64,000 nt of DNA. Origin: Vicugna vicugna (taxonomy: Eukaryota). Made by a program: the position numbers and the translations under genes. Location of the stretch: NCBI GenBank assembly GCA_013265495.1, contig MU057701.1, positions 1,302,001 through 1,366,000 on the forward strand. Reading direction: 5' to 3'. This document shows, piece by piece, positions 51,201-64,000 of the stretch (position 1 is its first letter; the number at the start of each line of letters is the position of its first letter). The notes below the pieces were generated by a model. The model saw only the letters and a program-made list of their open reading frames with translations, was not told the DNA's origin and did not search any database.

Positions 51201-54200
51201 TGTGAAGTATCTGTGAGACATCATTAATCAGAGGGGTGCTAGGAGGTCGTGAAGGTACAGAAACCCTTGGGTTTCCAGGTGAGGTAGAGAGAGCAGTGGA
51301 GTTGGGTTTATCTTGTTATTATGTGTGTCTTGGGCACATCATTTCACCACTCTGGGCCTTGAGGGTCTCTTTTCCAAAATGAGGACTTGATTTCTTAGTC
51401 TCCTCTCCTCAACTCCCGCCAATAGTGCCATAGATTTTGCGAGCTTATGAATCTAAGGATCTGAGAAATTAACTGGTTGAAAGGAAATGACTCCCAAGGT
51501 CTCAGTTGGTTGTTTGTGATAGCGCTTTGCAAAATGAAAACAACGGGTAGGTGATAACAGTATGAGTAACCATTGTTCACGGAGAATTGCTGTGTGCCAG
51601 GCACTGTTCCTACTTTTGAACCTCACGTTGTCCTATGAGTAGTAGCTATTATTATCAATCTTATTTTAAGATGAGGAAACTGAAGTTCAGAGGAGTTAAG
51701 TAACATCCGAGATCACACAGCAAGGACAAAGGCTTATAGCTGGGACCAGAACTCAGGACTTACATTGCTCTCCAGTGTGGTTTCTGTAGTTGTTTCAGGT
51801 GCACTCTGCCTCATTTTGGAATCCTCTCAAGCCATGCACCCTGGACGTTTTCCCAGTTTAAAAAATTATATTCCTTCTGCTTTGGGGCATACACTCCTAG
51901 TCTTTTTATTGTGTACTGACCCCTGTTTAAATTCTGAGTTCTCGGCACGACATCTGTTGTGTGTTGGGAGAAATTTGTTAAACCTACAGAAGAACCCTTG
52001 GGAGTTGCAGAAGACTTAAGTCCTTGAAAGGAAGGGGTTTTCTTTGGTGAATGAAAGCCATAGGCGAGGTCACTGTGAGCAGAGTTGGGACTGTTGAGAG
52101 AAGAATCTGACCTTTCAGGAAGGAGGAAGCTGGTGGGATGAGGAGCAGGGGTGGGCTTTGAAACAACTAGGTAACCTTTGTTGGATTTGCCTTGAAGATT
52201 GGTTCTAAGGGCTTTCCCCCAAGAAAATGACTAGAACTGATACACAGGGCACCTCCCTGGCTTATCCTAATGGTTGAGAAGCGAGCAGGGCAAGAGGAGC
52301 CCCCTTCAGTCATCAACTTACTTAGGATTTGAGATTTAAACTCACTCCTTGGATTGCTCCTGCAAATAACCTTTCAGAATCGCAATATGCATTTCCTAAG
52401 AGTATCATTTTGTTTTTTGTTACTTGAAGCTGACATAAGCTGGCCTGTTACCTTTCAGTTTTAAGTCCTTTCTTAAACCTGACATTGTTTTTTAAGCAGT
52501 GTTTATCAAGATGGTTCTAGTTATCATTTGGGTCTTGCATTTAAAAATCTTTCCACTCAAAGGACTGACTGAGCAATGATTATCAGTCATTAAACAAGTA
52601 TCTGAGCATCTGCTGGAGCCCAGCATTGTGCTTGGCGTGGGAAATCCGACGGGAAGCAAAACAGATGTGTTCCGTGCTGGCACATAGCATATTATGTAGT
52701 CTAGACAATAAACAAGTCAACAGACACATGCATCGTATACATCAAATTGTGGTAAATGTGAAGTCTCCTTCCTCTGAGGGAAAAGAAGAGGCCTTGAGAA
52801 AGAGTAAAGGGAAGGAACCAGCAACTGGGAGTTCTGGGAAGAGCACTTCAAGGGAGGGAGCAATGTGGGGAAAGTGTGGAGGGGCAGAGAGGAGGGAGTG
52901 GAGATGAGGAAGGGAGGCAGGCCTGTCACAGAACAGAGGGCAGGAGCTGGGGCTCAGAGCCAGATGCTGCTTGAGGCGCCTTGGGAATTTCTTAACCTCG
53001 GTGCCTCAGTTTCCCGCCTCCAAGTGGCTGTCAGGATTGAGTGAGTGGGTGTCTGGCACACACTGAGTGCAGTGCCTGGCGTGTACAGGAAGGGTTTGCT
53101 GACACGCAGGCAGCTGTGGGTCAACATTTTCCATCATTCTGTGTGTAAAGTAACCAGAGGGCTGCGGGTGAGACTGAAGTGGCTTATGTGCACGTCCACT
53201 GGAGGTGGGGAACCATCTGGGATGTGCTAACCATCAGGCCTGGGGTGGAGCCTCTGCAGCAGGTGCAGAGCTCACCTTGAAGCAGGGGTGGACTGGAAGC
53301 AGTTGTTTGTCTGCTCCTGCCGGCAGTGGTCCGCTTTAGTGTTGGGATGTAGAGTTTTAACCTTTTTTCCAGTAAGATGAGGCAGAGGCCAGTGGCCTCA
53401 TTATCAGGTGATCAAGCATGACAACCCAGAGTTGCTGTGTGCAGTACCCACCTGTACCCTCTCTCTGAAGAGACTTGGTATGGTGCTTTCTCACAGCCAC
53501 CTCGGAATCATACAGGAGAAGAACTTCATAAACAAGTCACTGGCTTTGTTGGTTCTTTGGCCTGGTTTGGGATGTTTGATAAATTTCTATAACCCAGCCA
53601 TAGCAAAGTTTATAATTACCCTACAGAATATTTGTTAGAACTGATGAAATTTGTATGTAATTGCATCAGTTCAGTTTTTTTTAAATCTATTATTCTGGAA
53701 AAAAGTTTACATACATAAAAGTGAAGAATAACATTATGAGCTTCATGTATCTCACTCAGTTTTGGTAATTATCAACGTTTTGCTAATCTTGTTCCAAGAT
53801 AGTTTCACATTTGAAGTATTATTGGATTTTCTGTCACAGTGTAAATGTATCTTTGGAATATAAAGTCATATGGTAGATAAGGTCCTAGAGAAAAAAAATC
53901 CCTGCATGCATAATTACAGGACTGGTGTTAGAAGTTGAAATTCCAAATCTGAAATGAACATTTCTTGCAAGCCCCTTGTTTAGATGACAGTTAATCTGTG
54001 TATCTACTGAGAATGTCAGCTATATTGGGCAATGGGGAGGGTATGTATAAAAAGAGTGAGATAGCCTCTGTCCACAGCGGCTTGTAAAATCATGGTCCCT
54101 TTCTGCCCCACAAGGAATCACAAGGTTATTTTTAACATTCCTGGCTAAAATATACACAAATGATGAAACTAACTAAAAAGTACTATTTTAGTGATGTATG

Positions 54201-54359
54201 TTAATTTAAGTTTAGATTATAGTATTCACTTATAAAATCAAGGAGGACACAGTTTATATGTTGAAAGTCTCTATTTGTTAAACTTTTGTGTATTTTTTTA
54301 AGGGGAGATTCAAGTGAAACATGCAGAAAACCCTGTAGCAGCACCTCTTTGGAACTCTT

Positions 54360-54540
54360 TCCAACAGACCCTTCTGTATTGTTGGAAACACGCCATATCT
54401 GTGCTCTCAATATGGTGGCCTAACCACATGTGACTATCAAACACTTACATGGTGGCTAGTGCAACGGAGAAACGAAGAAGTTTTAATTTTAGTTGATTTT
54501 CATTTACGTAGCTCCATTTGGCCACATTGGACATTATAGC
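54360..54540. mobile_element. MER3-like hAT fossil
   Basis: atctgtgctctcaatatggtggcc..accacatgtgactat...gtggctagtgcaac. Confidence 0.7.
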
Positions 54541-57124
54541 TCCAGGGTTTATAAAACCATGCATCTCTATGATAGGATAAAATCCAGCACAAACTAAGTT
54601 GGGCAACAAATGAAAAAGCACAATTCACATGTGGTTCCCTAACTCAGTACGTTTTAGAGAAAAAGAGTTTGATTATGTAGAAGGAAGAACTGCCTGTTAG
54701 GGTTCATGGTCTTCCTGTAAGAGCAAGGTTTTGGTGGTCAAAGACCTGGAGAAGTTAAGTTTCATGCCTTGATGTCTCCCAGGGCTCAGATCTTATGAAA
54801 TGAGGGGTGACTCCCGAGTGCAAAGTGCTTTGCTGCTGTTGCATCGAGGAAGGTCTCTTAAGAGGTAGACTGGAGTCTGTTAAGTGGCTTGTATGAAGGT
54901 TTCAGGAGGCAGGGTGACCCCAGCCTTGGGAGTTGCCATCACTGCTGGGAGGTTCAGAGGCTCAGAGGAGAAGTGCCAAGGGCCTGGCTTGGTTACCTTT
55001 CTATCCCTAGCACACAGTAGATGTTCAATAAATATGTTTCAAAAATGGATGACCTTTTAAAAAAATGGGTGACAGTTTTTAAGAATAGAGTTAAGAGCAA
55101 ATAAGGAGAAGAGCTCTAAATTTGTCTAGAAATTCTGAAAAATAGGTGCCAAGGGAAGTAAGTGTAATACCAGTTGAGCTGCAGTGTATACACAGCCAAT
55201 GTTTTCTGCCTGTGGTGACTGACATTTCTCTTCCCTGCAAATGCAGGCTGGCTCTTACCTAGGCCTTTACCAAGTGCTGTTATTTTCATCTTTTAAACCT
55301 CTCTTGAATGTTCGCTTTCTCTCCAGTTTCGCTGCTACCACTAGTCCAAACGACCATCTTTTTGCCTGGAAGACTGCCGCAGCCGCCTCGCTGCTCTCCC
55401 CACTGCTCTCCCCACAGCTGCTTCTACTCTTTTCTAATCCATTCACCCCTCCGCAGCCCGAGTGGTCTCTAATTCCTAACGTGCTCATGCCACGTCCTTG
55501 CTGAAAACCCTACGGAGGCTTCTTGTTACTCCTGGGATAAGACCCACATTCTGAACCTGTTCTGAAAAGTGCTATGTGGTGGATCCCCTCCTGCCTTCTG
55601 CTTCATCCTGGGCCCGTGCCCCTCTCCGCCTGGCTTGTCCTATTCCAGGCACCTTTCCGTTCCCAGCTTGAAGGGAGCTAGGCCTTTCAGGAACCCAACC
55701 ACTGTGCTGCTCCCTCTTCAGCAAACAGCCCCGCCCCCTCACCCTACTGCCCTTTCCTCTCGTCCTTTCCATCACTTCTCATTGTTGTTATGACATATTC
55801 TTTAGGAGACATCTGCTTTTCTTTCTCCAAGAAGCCAGGGACCTTGTCGATTTTGCTCACCATTATATACCCAGTGTCTAGTACAGTATCTGACCCGTTG
55901 CACAGGCTTCTGAAATGTTTTTTGGATGAATGAGTGAATGAATGAATGCAAGCACATAGAAACAAGGGAGAACTTGAAGTGTGCTCTTTAAAACTTGGAT
56001 TTATTGTGAGGGGGTTTGAATAAATTTTAGAGTAGAATTACCCGGGAAGGGTAATGGAGTGGGAGGGGTCCATGGGAATCCATTGTTGAAGCTGTCTTAC
56101 AAAAGAAGCATGTCTGTGCCCTTGACCCAGACTAGAAAGCCATTTGCTTGTCGAGTTGCAAGGGTGGCCCTCTTGTCTGGCTTCCTATCCCAGGCTCAGG
56201 AGGCATCACTGCCACTGCTTACATCAGTATGTTAGTAGCACGGGGCTCCAGTTTGAGACCTCAAGGTTGAAGTCTTCTGTACACAGCCCACAGTAGTAGT
56301 GTAGTAGTCTTCCTCTCTTTCTAGAGGATAGGGATTCTGCCCTGTTCATATTTTAAAATGATTATTAATAAATATTAAATAATAATATTTTTAATAAATA
56401 AAACAAATAATATTTTTAATAAATATTAAAAATGATGGAACTACTCTTCCTTCCTCTTAACCACGGCCCTCAATCCCATTGGCACCACTGGACTGTGTTC
56501 AGCGGGTGTTGGTTAATAGCCGCTGGCACAACTCAAAAATAATGCCCGGGGGGCCCTAGAGAGGGTTCTTGGCAGCAGTGGGAGGAATTCTAGCTGTGCC
56601 TTGTCAGGAAAGAGACTTTCTGCTGTTGGGAAGAATGGAGGCAGCTGTGTTTAGACCCTGTAGGTGAGGAGACTTGCCCTCTTCCTGAGGCCACCTTCTA
56701 GATGAGGGGAGGAGCCTGTTGGTGCTCATCAGAGCCACCTGTCATGGGGGAGGGCCGGATGGGAGAAACCTGTCTCTTCACCGGATGCTTTGGATTTCTA
56801 AATAGGAAGTGGAAGGACTTGAGTCGGAGATGGTGGTTAAATTTCTTCTACAACTTTTGTAATTCTGAAAGAGAAAACTGGTATGGGGTGTCACTAGCTG
56901 GTTTCCTAGGTAATGTGTCATTTTTGCTTTTGTTTTTGGAAGGAAGGGACCGGTTCCCTAGAGCAGAGCCTCTGATAACCAAAGAGGAGGTATTTCGGGG
57001 AAGACCAGAGTGATATGTTTTCTGGGACACTTGCAAGTCTGGTTAGGAAGGCTTTAAGCTTAATATTAAGGGGACGGAAGAGCAAAGTATCCTGGAAAAT
57101 TGCAGAGTCAGAGACTACAGAGAC

Positions 57125-57454
57125 CCGTGTGGCTTAGCAGCAGTGTCACACTGAGATGGTGCCCAGGGCTCCAAGTGGGAGCTGGCCTCAGAGCTGAGAA
57201 TGCCACTGAAGAAGGGGTGGGAAAACTCATGCCTGAGGGTGAGCAGGTGATGCCTCCATGCACTGGAAGCCTTAACAGCACAGCCAACCGTGTGGCGTGG
57301 CTTAGCAGCAGTGTCGCACTGAGATGGTGCCCAGGGCTCCAAGTGGGAGCTGGCCTCAGAGCTGAGAATGCCACTGAAGAAGGGGTGGGAAAACTCATGC
57401 CTGAGGGTGAGCAGGTGATGCCTCCATGCACTGGAAACCTTAACAGCACAGCCA
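57125..57454. repeat. Tandem duplication, two copies, period 168 bp
   Basis: cttagcagca starts at 57133 and 57301; cagcca ends at 57286 and 57454. Only two substitutions seen. Confidence 0.97.
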
Positions 57455-59483
57455 GGTGAGTATGACCTGGTGGTGGGGAGGGTCTGTGCAGAGCAATGTA
57501 GTCGATATGCCTGGCTCCGAAAGGAAACCCAAGGAGAGATTCGCTGTGTGTGCCCTGGTTGTGGAAGGTTGATGGGAAGTGTTTCAATTATGATGGAAAG
57601 AGCGGAGGGCAGGTGATGTCATTGTAGGACTTCGCCTGTCAGACTGAGGGGCAATGATTTTTCCCATAGATTTGAACATGGGCCCCCTGGCAGGTGTAGT
57701 AGACTGAGCAGATGTTTGTATAAGGAAAAGCTGGTTGACGGTGAGGATGGGATAAAGCCATGCAGAGGGCAAGGGGGCCTGTGGCTGCAGCCCAGGAATA
57801 AGGAGAGAGCTTGGGTCTAGGCAGGTCGGCTCCACAGTCACTGGGCTGAGTATCTCCCACCTGATTTTGCTGCTTCCTTTGATAAAAATGATGGAACTGC
57901 TCTTCACATGAGCTGGAACAGGAGCCATCTTAGTGTCCTCAATGTCCAAATGCCTGTTAGAAATGACCTCTGGGACAGTAGCCCATGGCAGTGGCTAATT
58001 TGATGTGGCCCCTGCTCGGTTTCCCTTCCACCTCACCTCCAGTACAGAATTCAGAGCAGAAACTCCAGTCCCTATGCTGGGAAGACTAGAGAGAGCTGTC
58101 CTCAGGGAAGATTGAGCTGCTTTCTCTGGCTAAGTTCACAGGCAAAATCGAAGTGGAAAATAAGTCAGAGTAGTAGAAAACCCATGGGAATGGGGCAGCT
58201 TTTGTTTTAATTTCCCAGGGTAGGCTCTTGTCTGTGGGGAGATGGTGAGTGGTATTCGATCCTGATGGGGTAGGTTAATAGTAAAGCAGGAACATTAATT
58301 TTTTTTTTTTTGAGGCTAAAACTCCCAGCAGAAATGACTATCGATCATGCTCTGAGCCAGAGGCGAAACTCATTTGGTCAGCCTAGCTTTTGTCTTCAGC
58401 CTTGACTGTGATCGAGTGGGGTGTTGGCAGAGGCTTAATAGCCTGAAGTAAGTTTTATTTCATGAGGTCTGATTTGTGGTACAAAAATCTTGTGGAAGGA
58501 AAAAACACAATTTGAGTTTCTGAACTAGGTGAGTTGTTTTGGCAGCGGAGGTAACAAGTACAAGGCCCAGGGTTTTCTGGGGTGAATGGTCAAGAGGTCC
58601 TTCCAGCTATATGAATTTATAATGCCAGAATGTTAGTCTCAAAAATTTAAGCATGCTTAAAGTATATACATTTTTTGACCTACAGCTTAGAAATCTCCCA
58701 GAAATTGCAGGCTTAACAGTACCTAAAACCTCGCTCACCTGATAAGAATTTTAATCATTTTGTGTTATCTGGCAGAGTTGACCTATTAACTTCAATTTCC
58801 TTTCCCAGAAATGCTGTCCTGCTCCCCCTGGGCCCCTCCCGCAGCACTGCAGTGGGGTCCCCGGCCTCTCACCCTCTCCATGCCCGTGAGCACAGAGCAG
58901 CAGGCCCCGCTGATTGGTTAGTGTTGAGTGAGATGGGTGCTCAAGTTAAGGAAAAAAGGTGTATTTTTTGCCACATTTTTCTGTTTTAGGAGTTCTTTTA
59001 TACAGGTGTCTGAATTGGTATTTAAAGTGGGAATGAGGTTTTTAGTTTCTTGTTTTTGCGACGGTAAGGCGGGGTCAGGTATATGGTTCTGCCCTGTTGG
59101 TCCCTTTTCCTGCCTGTTGTTAATAGGGTTACATCGGTATCTCTCAGTGATGTGATGTTGTTGCTATGGGAGCAAGTGGCCCTGCCAGCCAAGCAGGAAG
59201 CCTGGAAATTGGCTTCAGAACCCCTCATCCAATCACCACGATGATTTCAAGCCAAATTCTGTAAGGGCTGAGAAAGGGCTTATCAAATAGGTTATCCCCA
59301 TATTGAGTTAATATTCTTATCCAGTAATCCGTTGAGCACTCAGCAGATAACTCTGCTCAGGAGACAGTGGCTGTGCTCGGGGACTGTCACTGAGCAGGTC
59401 CAGACTCTTGCAGTGATAGTTTTCTGTTAATCTCTTAAATGAAGTCCTTGCCTACTTGGGCATTCTTTTTAAGGAAGGCCTTT

Positions 59484-60242
59484 GAAGAATTTTTTTTTAA
59501 TTCTATGTTTCATTGAAGTGTAGACAGTTTATAATGTTAGTTTCAGGTGTACAGCAAATGATTTGGTTATACATGTACATACATATATATTTTTTTCAGA
59601 TTCTTTTCCATTACAGCTCATTGAAAGAAATTGAATATAGTTCCTTTTGTATACTGTGCTATATACAGTAGGTCCTTGTTGTTTATCTGTTTTATATACA
59701 GTGATGTGTATCTGTTAATCCCAAACTCCTAATCTATCCCTTCCCGTTTTCCCCCCTAGTAACCGGTTTGTTTTCTATATCCACGAGTCCATTTCTGGTT
59801 TGTAAATAAAATTTTTTTTTAGATTCTGCATATAAGTGACATCATATAATATTTGTCTTTATCTTTCTTATTTCACTTAATATGATAATCTCTAGGTCCA
59901 TCCATGTTGCTGCAAATGGCATTATTTCATTCTTTTTTATGGCTGAGTAATATTTCATTGTGTGTGCATACACATATACACACACACCACATCTTCTTTA
60001 TCCATTCGTCTGTTGATGGACATTTAGGTTGTTTCCATGTCTTGGTTATTGTAAACAGTGCAGCTATAAGTGTTGGGGTGCATGTGTCTTTTCAAATTAC
60101 ACTTTTCTTCGGATATATGCCCAGGAGTGGGATTGCTGAATCATATGGTAAGTCTGCTTTTAGTTTTTTAAGGAACCTCCATACTGTCCTCCATAGTGAC
60201 TTCACCAATTTATATTCCCACCAACAGTGTAGGAGGGTTTGC
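59484..60242 (-). mobile_element. 5'-truncated L1 3' end, same family as 34482-35468
   Basis: L1 3'UTR/ORF2-end motifs. About 17-bp TSD ttttaaggaaggc(c/t)ttt at 59467-59483 and 60243-60259. Confidence 0.9.
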
Positions 60243-63200
60243 TTTTAAGGAAGGCTTTTAAATAATCTTAAAGCAGGTATTTGAATAACATTAAACATGA
60301 TAAATTCTTAGTTATAGAATGGTTAGTTAGATTCTCTTCTCCCAGATTAATAGTTTATAAGTCAGTGTGCCAGTTTTTCTTTTTCTTTCTTTCTTTCTTT
60401 TTTTTTTTTACTTAAGTAAGCACTTAAGTATGTTTTGGAATTTTCATTTGTTTTTCAATTTTTTGGCTATTTATGGAGTATCTAGAAAGTCACCAGCTGT
60501 TTTCCCATTAAGGTCTTGGTTCCAGGAGTAAAAATCTTGGTGAAGCTTTGGGAGACACTAGAATGCTGTCACCTTCCTAGAGCAGGACTTCACCCTGCTC
60601 TCTCCTGTTCCGCCCGGGCTCCTGAAAGACCATGCACCCACCATCCAAAGGGGTGGGGATCAAAACTCCACCCCTCTTACTCAAAACAATGCACTAAGCT
60701 CTTTAAATCTGAGGTCTTCCCCTGGGGCAGGGGAGGGGAGCAATTGAATGTGACATCTCGCTGCTGTTTGTGTGTTGTGTGTGTGTGGCTTCGGCTGTTT
60801 GTGTGTGTGTGTGGCTTCGGCGGCAGCCACAGCAGTGGTGGTGGAGTCTTTGATGTTCATCAGGTTAGGTTAATGAAGACCTCCAGCTTTAAAGTTTCTT
60901 TATCTCTTGTCTAAAAAGCTCTCAAGCCAGCTTTTCAGAATGGAGAGACTTATTCAGCAGGGGAAGAACCTAGAACATGGGCTGCAGGTTCCTAGCTGGT
61001 GGGAGTCCATGCATACAAGCCTGGCTTTTCCTGTCAGTCATACTGGGCTATCCCTGGATCCCAGAGGTTCTCTGTCCTCACTGCTGGCCTCTTCCCCCCT
61101 TACATCCTTACAATCCCCTTTGTGGGCGAGCATTGGATAAACTTGTCCTCCAAGCCAGGTGTCCTGTGCCATGATATTCTCTCCTTGTTCCTTAGTCAGT
61201 TTCTTTTGATCGGTGCCCTGATTGCCTCACTAAGTTCTCACAGGCTCTCTTTTCATTTTTCTTGGATTTATCTCTTTTATACTTCTCTTCTTCTTCTTCC
61301 TCCTTTTTTTTTCTTAGTGAATTCTAAGTTAATCTGTTCCCTCTTGTAGGTCTGGTAATTCTTGTCTGCAGCCAGAAAGGAGGCCCTAAAGTAGATAGAG
61401 GACTGGGAGTCTGGTCCTTGCAGCCCTGTGACTCTGGTCGATGGATCCTGCCCTCCCTGGAATGCCAGGCGCCTCGGCTCACCCCTTCCAGCCCGGAAGT
61501 CCAGTGGTCTGCTCTTGCAGCTTCTGACTGGCCAGGATCACACATCTGCCATCACTGTCACTGGCTCCCTTCTTTCCTCGTGGACCTCATGTGTGTCCTT
61601 TGATGGTGAACTCTGCTCATGAAAGTGTGCTTCTCATGAGCATTTTATATTCCTTATTCTACTTTTGCCAGAGGCAGAAAAGACAGAAAATATTGCTTTC
61701 AAAAAGAGCATTCTTCCAGGGGCAAGCCAATATATGACAGCATGAGTGACAGATGTTCATTATTGTAACAGAACCCTATTAGCAGAAATTTAAATTACAG
61801 TCAGAGATGATCATTGTCTACCTTTGGTAATTTAAGTTTATTCTCCTGAAATTCTCTGAATTTCTCCCTCAGTGCTCTGGGGGGATCAGGGATCTGACCT
61901 GAAGGGGTTTTAGAGGAAGATCTTCTCTTGCTACTTCTGAGTAGCCCCTTCAAGTGAAGGTGGGCAAGTGATTTGGAAGGCTCTGCTTAGGAAACCAGAT
62001 CTCCTAATTGATAGAGCCATCCCATGAGCTAGTAATGCAAGCCGTTGGTAATTACAAAAAACCTACCGTGAAATTCATCTAAAATTAATGAAGAGACAGC
62101 ACTGTGGATTTTAAATACAGAGGAAGTTATGGCCTTGGCTCTCAGTTACCCAAAGGCAGTTATCTCTTGTCAGTCTTTAAGCCTGGCTTTCCTTTGCTCC
62201 CCATTGTGCCTGCGGACTCCCATCAGTTTACATTTCTCCTCATTCCTCCTCCAACACAGACCCATTTTAATGGAAAACTACCAAAAAATGCAGTGGATTT
62301 CCAGGTCAATTGGGATTATCCACTCCACTTTTCTTTTCTATGAACACTGAGAAGAGGAAGGTCTAGCGTATTTAAAGAAGATAAGACATGTGGAAAACAA
62401 AAACTTGGAAGTTGAAAACCAGCTAGATGAATAGAATATGTCTGCTTTTCCTGACTTCATTTTTTTTTAAAAGGAGCATTGTTCAGTACTTCATTCTGTA
62501 TGTATGTCAGCATGTGAATGTCTCTAGATCAGCGCTCACGTAGACCATGATAGATGGCTGGGGTATTTTGAGGCTAAAATCTTTACTACTTTGGTGACAT
62601 GTACTTTATAGGCACCCCTTGATTTAATAGGCGGGATCACTGGTCTGTATGTGCTTTTATGTGACTTGAAAAGGAACTGACTATTCCATTTAAATAGACT
62701 TCAATTAGGATAATGGCTTTGAGACATCTCGCAATGGTACATTTTCTAGACTCTTAAGATAGAATTGTCAAATTATAGCAAATAGAGTTAGAAATTATTT
62801 TGCAGTTTTCTCAGCAGATTATACTTTCTCCTTCTGTGCATCTGGAAACAATAGCTTAAAGTACCTTTTTGTGAAACTGATTATTTTCCAAATGTAATGG
62901 TACCTTTTGGTTTAGAAGAAATGGTGGCAGGAGATTGTAGTCTGGGAGAGCAAGCAGAAAAAAGTCATTTTCAGCCTTTTATTGTACCTTTGGCCACATT
63001 TTTGAAGAAGACCAAAAATTGCCATATGTGTGAAAAAATATTGGTAACTGGGTAGACTTCAAATGAGAGTAAGATTTTAGAGTAACAAGGTCACTTTCTT
63101 CCGTGGCTTGTAAGAAGGAAAGGTGTGATCACAACGGATCCAGCAGCCAGGGTTGGTGAAAGTGAATATTTCATGCAATCTGTAGGATGTTTAAGTAAAT

Positions 63201-64000
63201 TTATGTGCTATTTAAATTTCCATGTTAGAAAAAGCTCATAGAGACCAGGGGTTTGTTTAAACAAAAATAAAAACTAAACTATTTTAAATGGGAAGGGGAA
63301 TGTGCATGTGTTAATTCCTATAGGATGTTGAAAAATTTAAAATATCCAGGACACAGTGTATTGAGGGAGCCAGAGACCAGTGGGAACAGTGACTTAAGGG
63401 TTCTGCTTTGATGTAGAAATGCTCAGTTGAAGGAAAAACCTGCCTAGGAGGAAAGTTTCTGTGGACATGTGCCCTGCATTTTGAGTGATGTACTAAAGCA
63501 TTGAAGACTCAACATTAATTTTGATCTTTCTTTGGAAGCTGGATAAAATAATGTGTTTCTGAGAAAAAAATAGTAAGTTATTATGAAGTGCCACAGCTTT
63601 GCAGTGGAAAACGCCAACATGCAAGAGTCCAAAGCAAATTCAGGAATCCACATTCTAAGTGCAGACCTCGCTGACTTGCCATATTGATTTCAGGGGCTAC
63701 ATGAGCCCCGAGGTCCAGCAGGCTTCATTGGGCACCCCAGAAATGTGAGGGATCCGCACCCACAAAAGGAGTGTGGTGGCTTATCCTCCGGTTTCCTAGT
63801 ATTTCTCCTGGGAAAAAGTGATCCCAAACAGTCTCCAACTAGGTAGAAACCTTGCTCAACAGAGACGGCTCTGAGAAACTTTGGCTTCCTGAAATAATGC
63901 GGAGGATGAAGTTCTGCCACCCCGTAGAAGAGTGGTTTAACTTCTTTTGGGACATACACCTCTTTGAGCCTCAGAACAGTATGAATTCTCTCCCTGGAAA

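Noticed and set aside
57100..57587. ORFs with an internal 56-aa repeat
   Set aside because: Product of the 168-bp duplication, open on both strands; no coding signature.
58646..58661. Perfect 16-bp palindrome tttaagcatgcttaaa
   Set aside because: One such palindrome is about what chance gives in 64 kb, and it sits in decayed repeat-like DNA.
59904..60248. 114-aa ORF (and the similar 35303-35794 ORF)
   Set aside because: Antisense translation of L1 3' sequence.
1..64000. CRISPR arrays, operons or other prokaryote-type systems
   Set aside because: No regularly spaced direct repeats with spacers; the sequence is clearly mammalian intron and intergenic DNA.

Overview
Mammalian genomic DNA, very probably camelid: there are eight copies of a tRNA-derived SINE matching the camelid Vic-1 type. 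The window holds the 3' end of PECAM1 (CD31) on the + strand, namely the 23-nt exon 15 (5256-5278, DFVENRYS) and the coding start of exon 16 (10145-10174, RTEASLDGT*), followed by the 3'UTR. A repeat-rich intergenic stretch of about 33 kb follows. A CpG-island promoter with a first exon ending at 47475 and a long first intron runs to the end of the window; by conserved gene order this is most likely TEX2. Almost all ORFs in the supplied track are spurious. I found no multi-gene novel system. The best leads are: (1) loss of the stop codon of the PECAM1 delta-exon-15 isoform, predicting a new 41-aa tail ending in CTYL; (2) two neighbouring candidate L1 3' transductions; (3) a solo ERV LTR with a dense CCAAT/octamer/STAT array; (4) a miR-1302-like MER53 hairpin in the distal PECAM1 3'UTR; (5) a young 168-bp tandem duplication next to a consensus splice donor. 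Gene and repeat family names come from recalled sequences, not from a database search.
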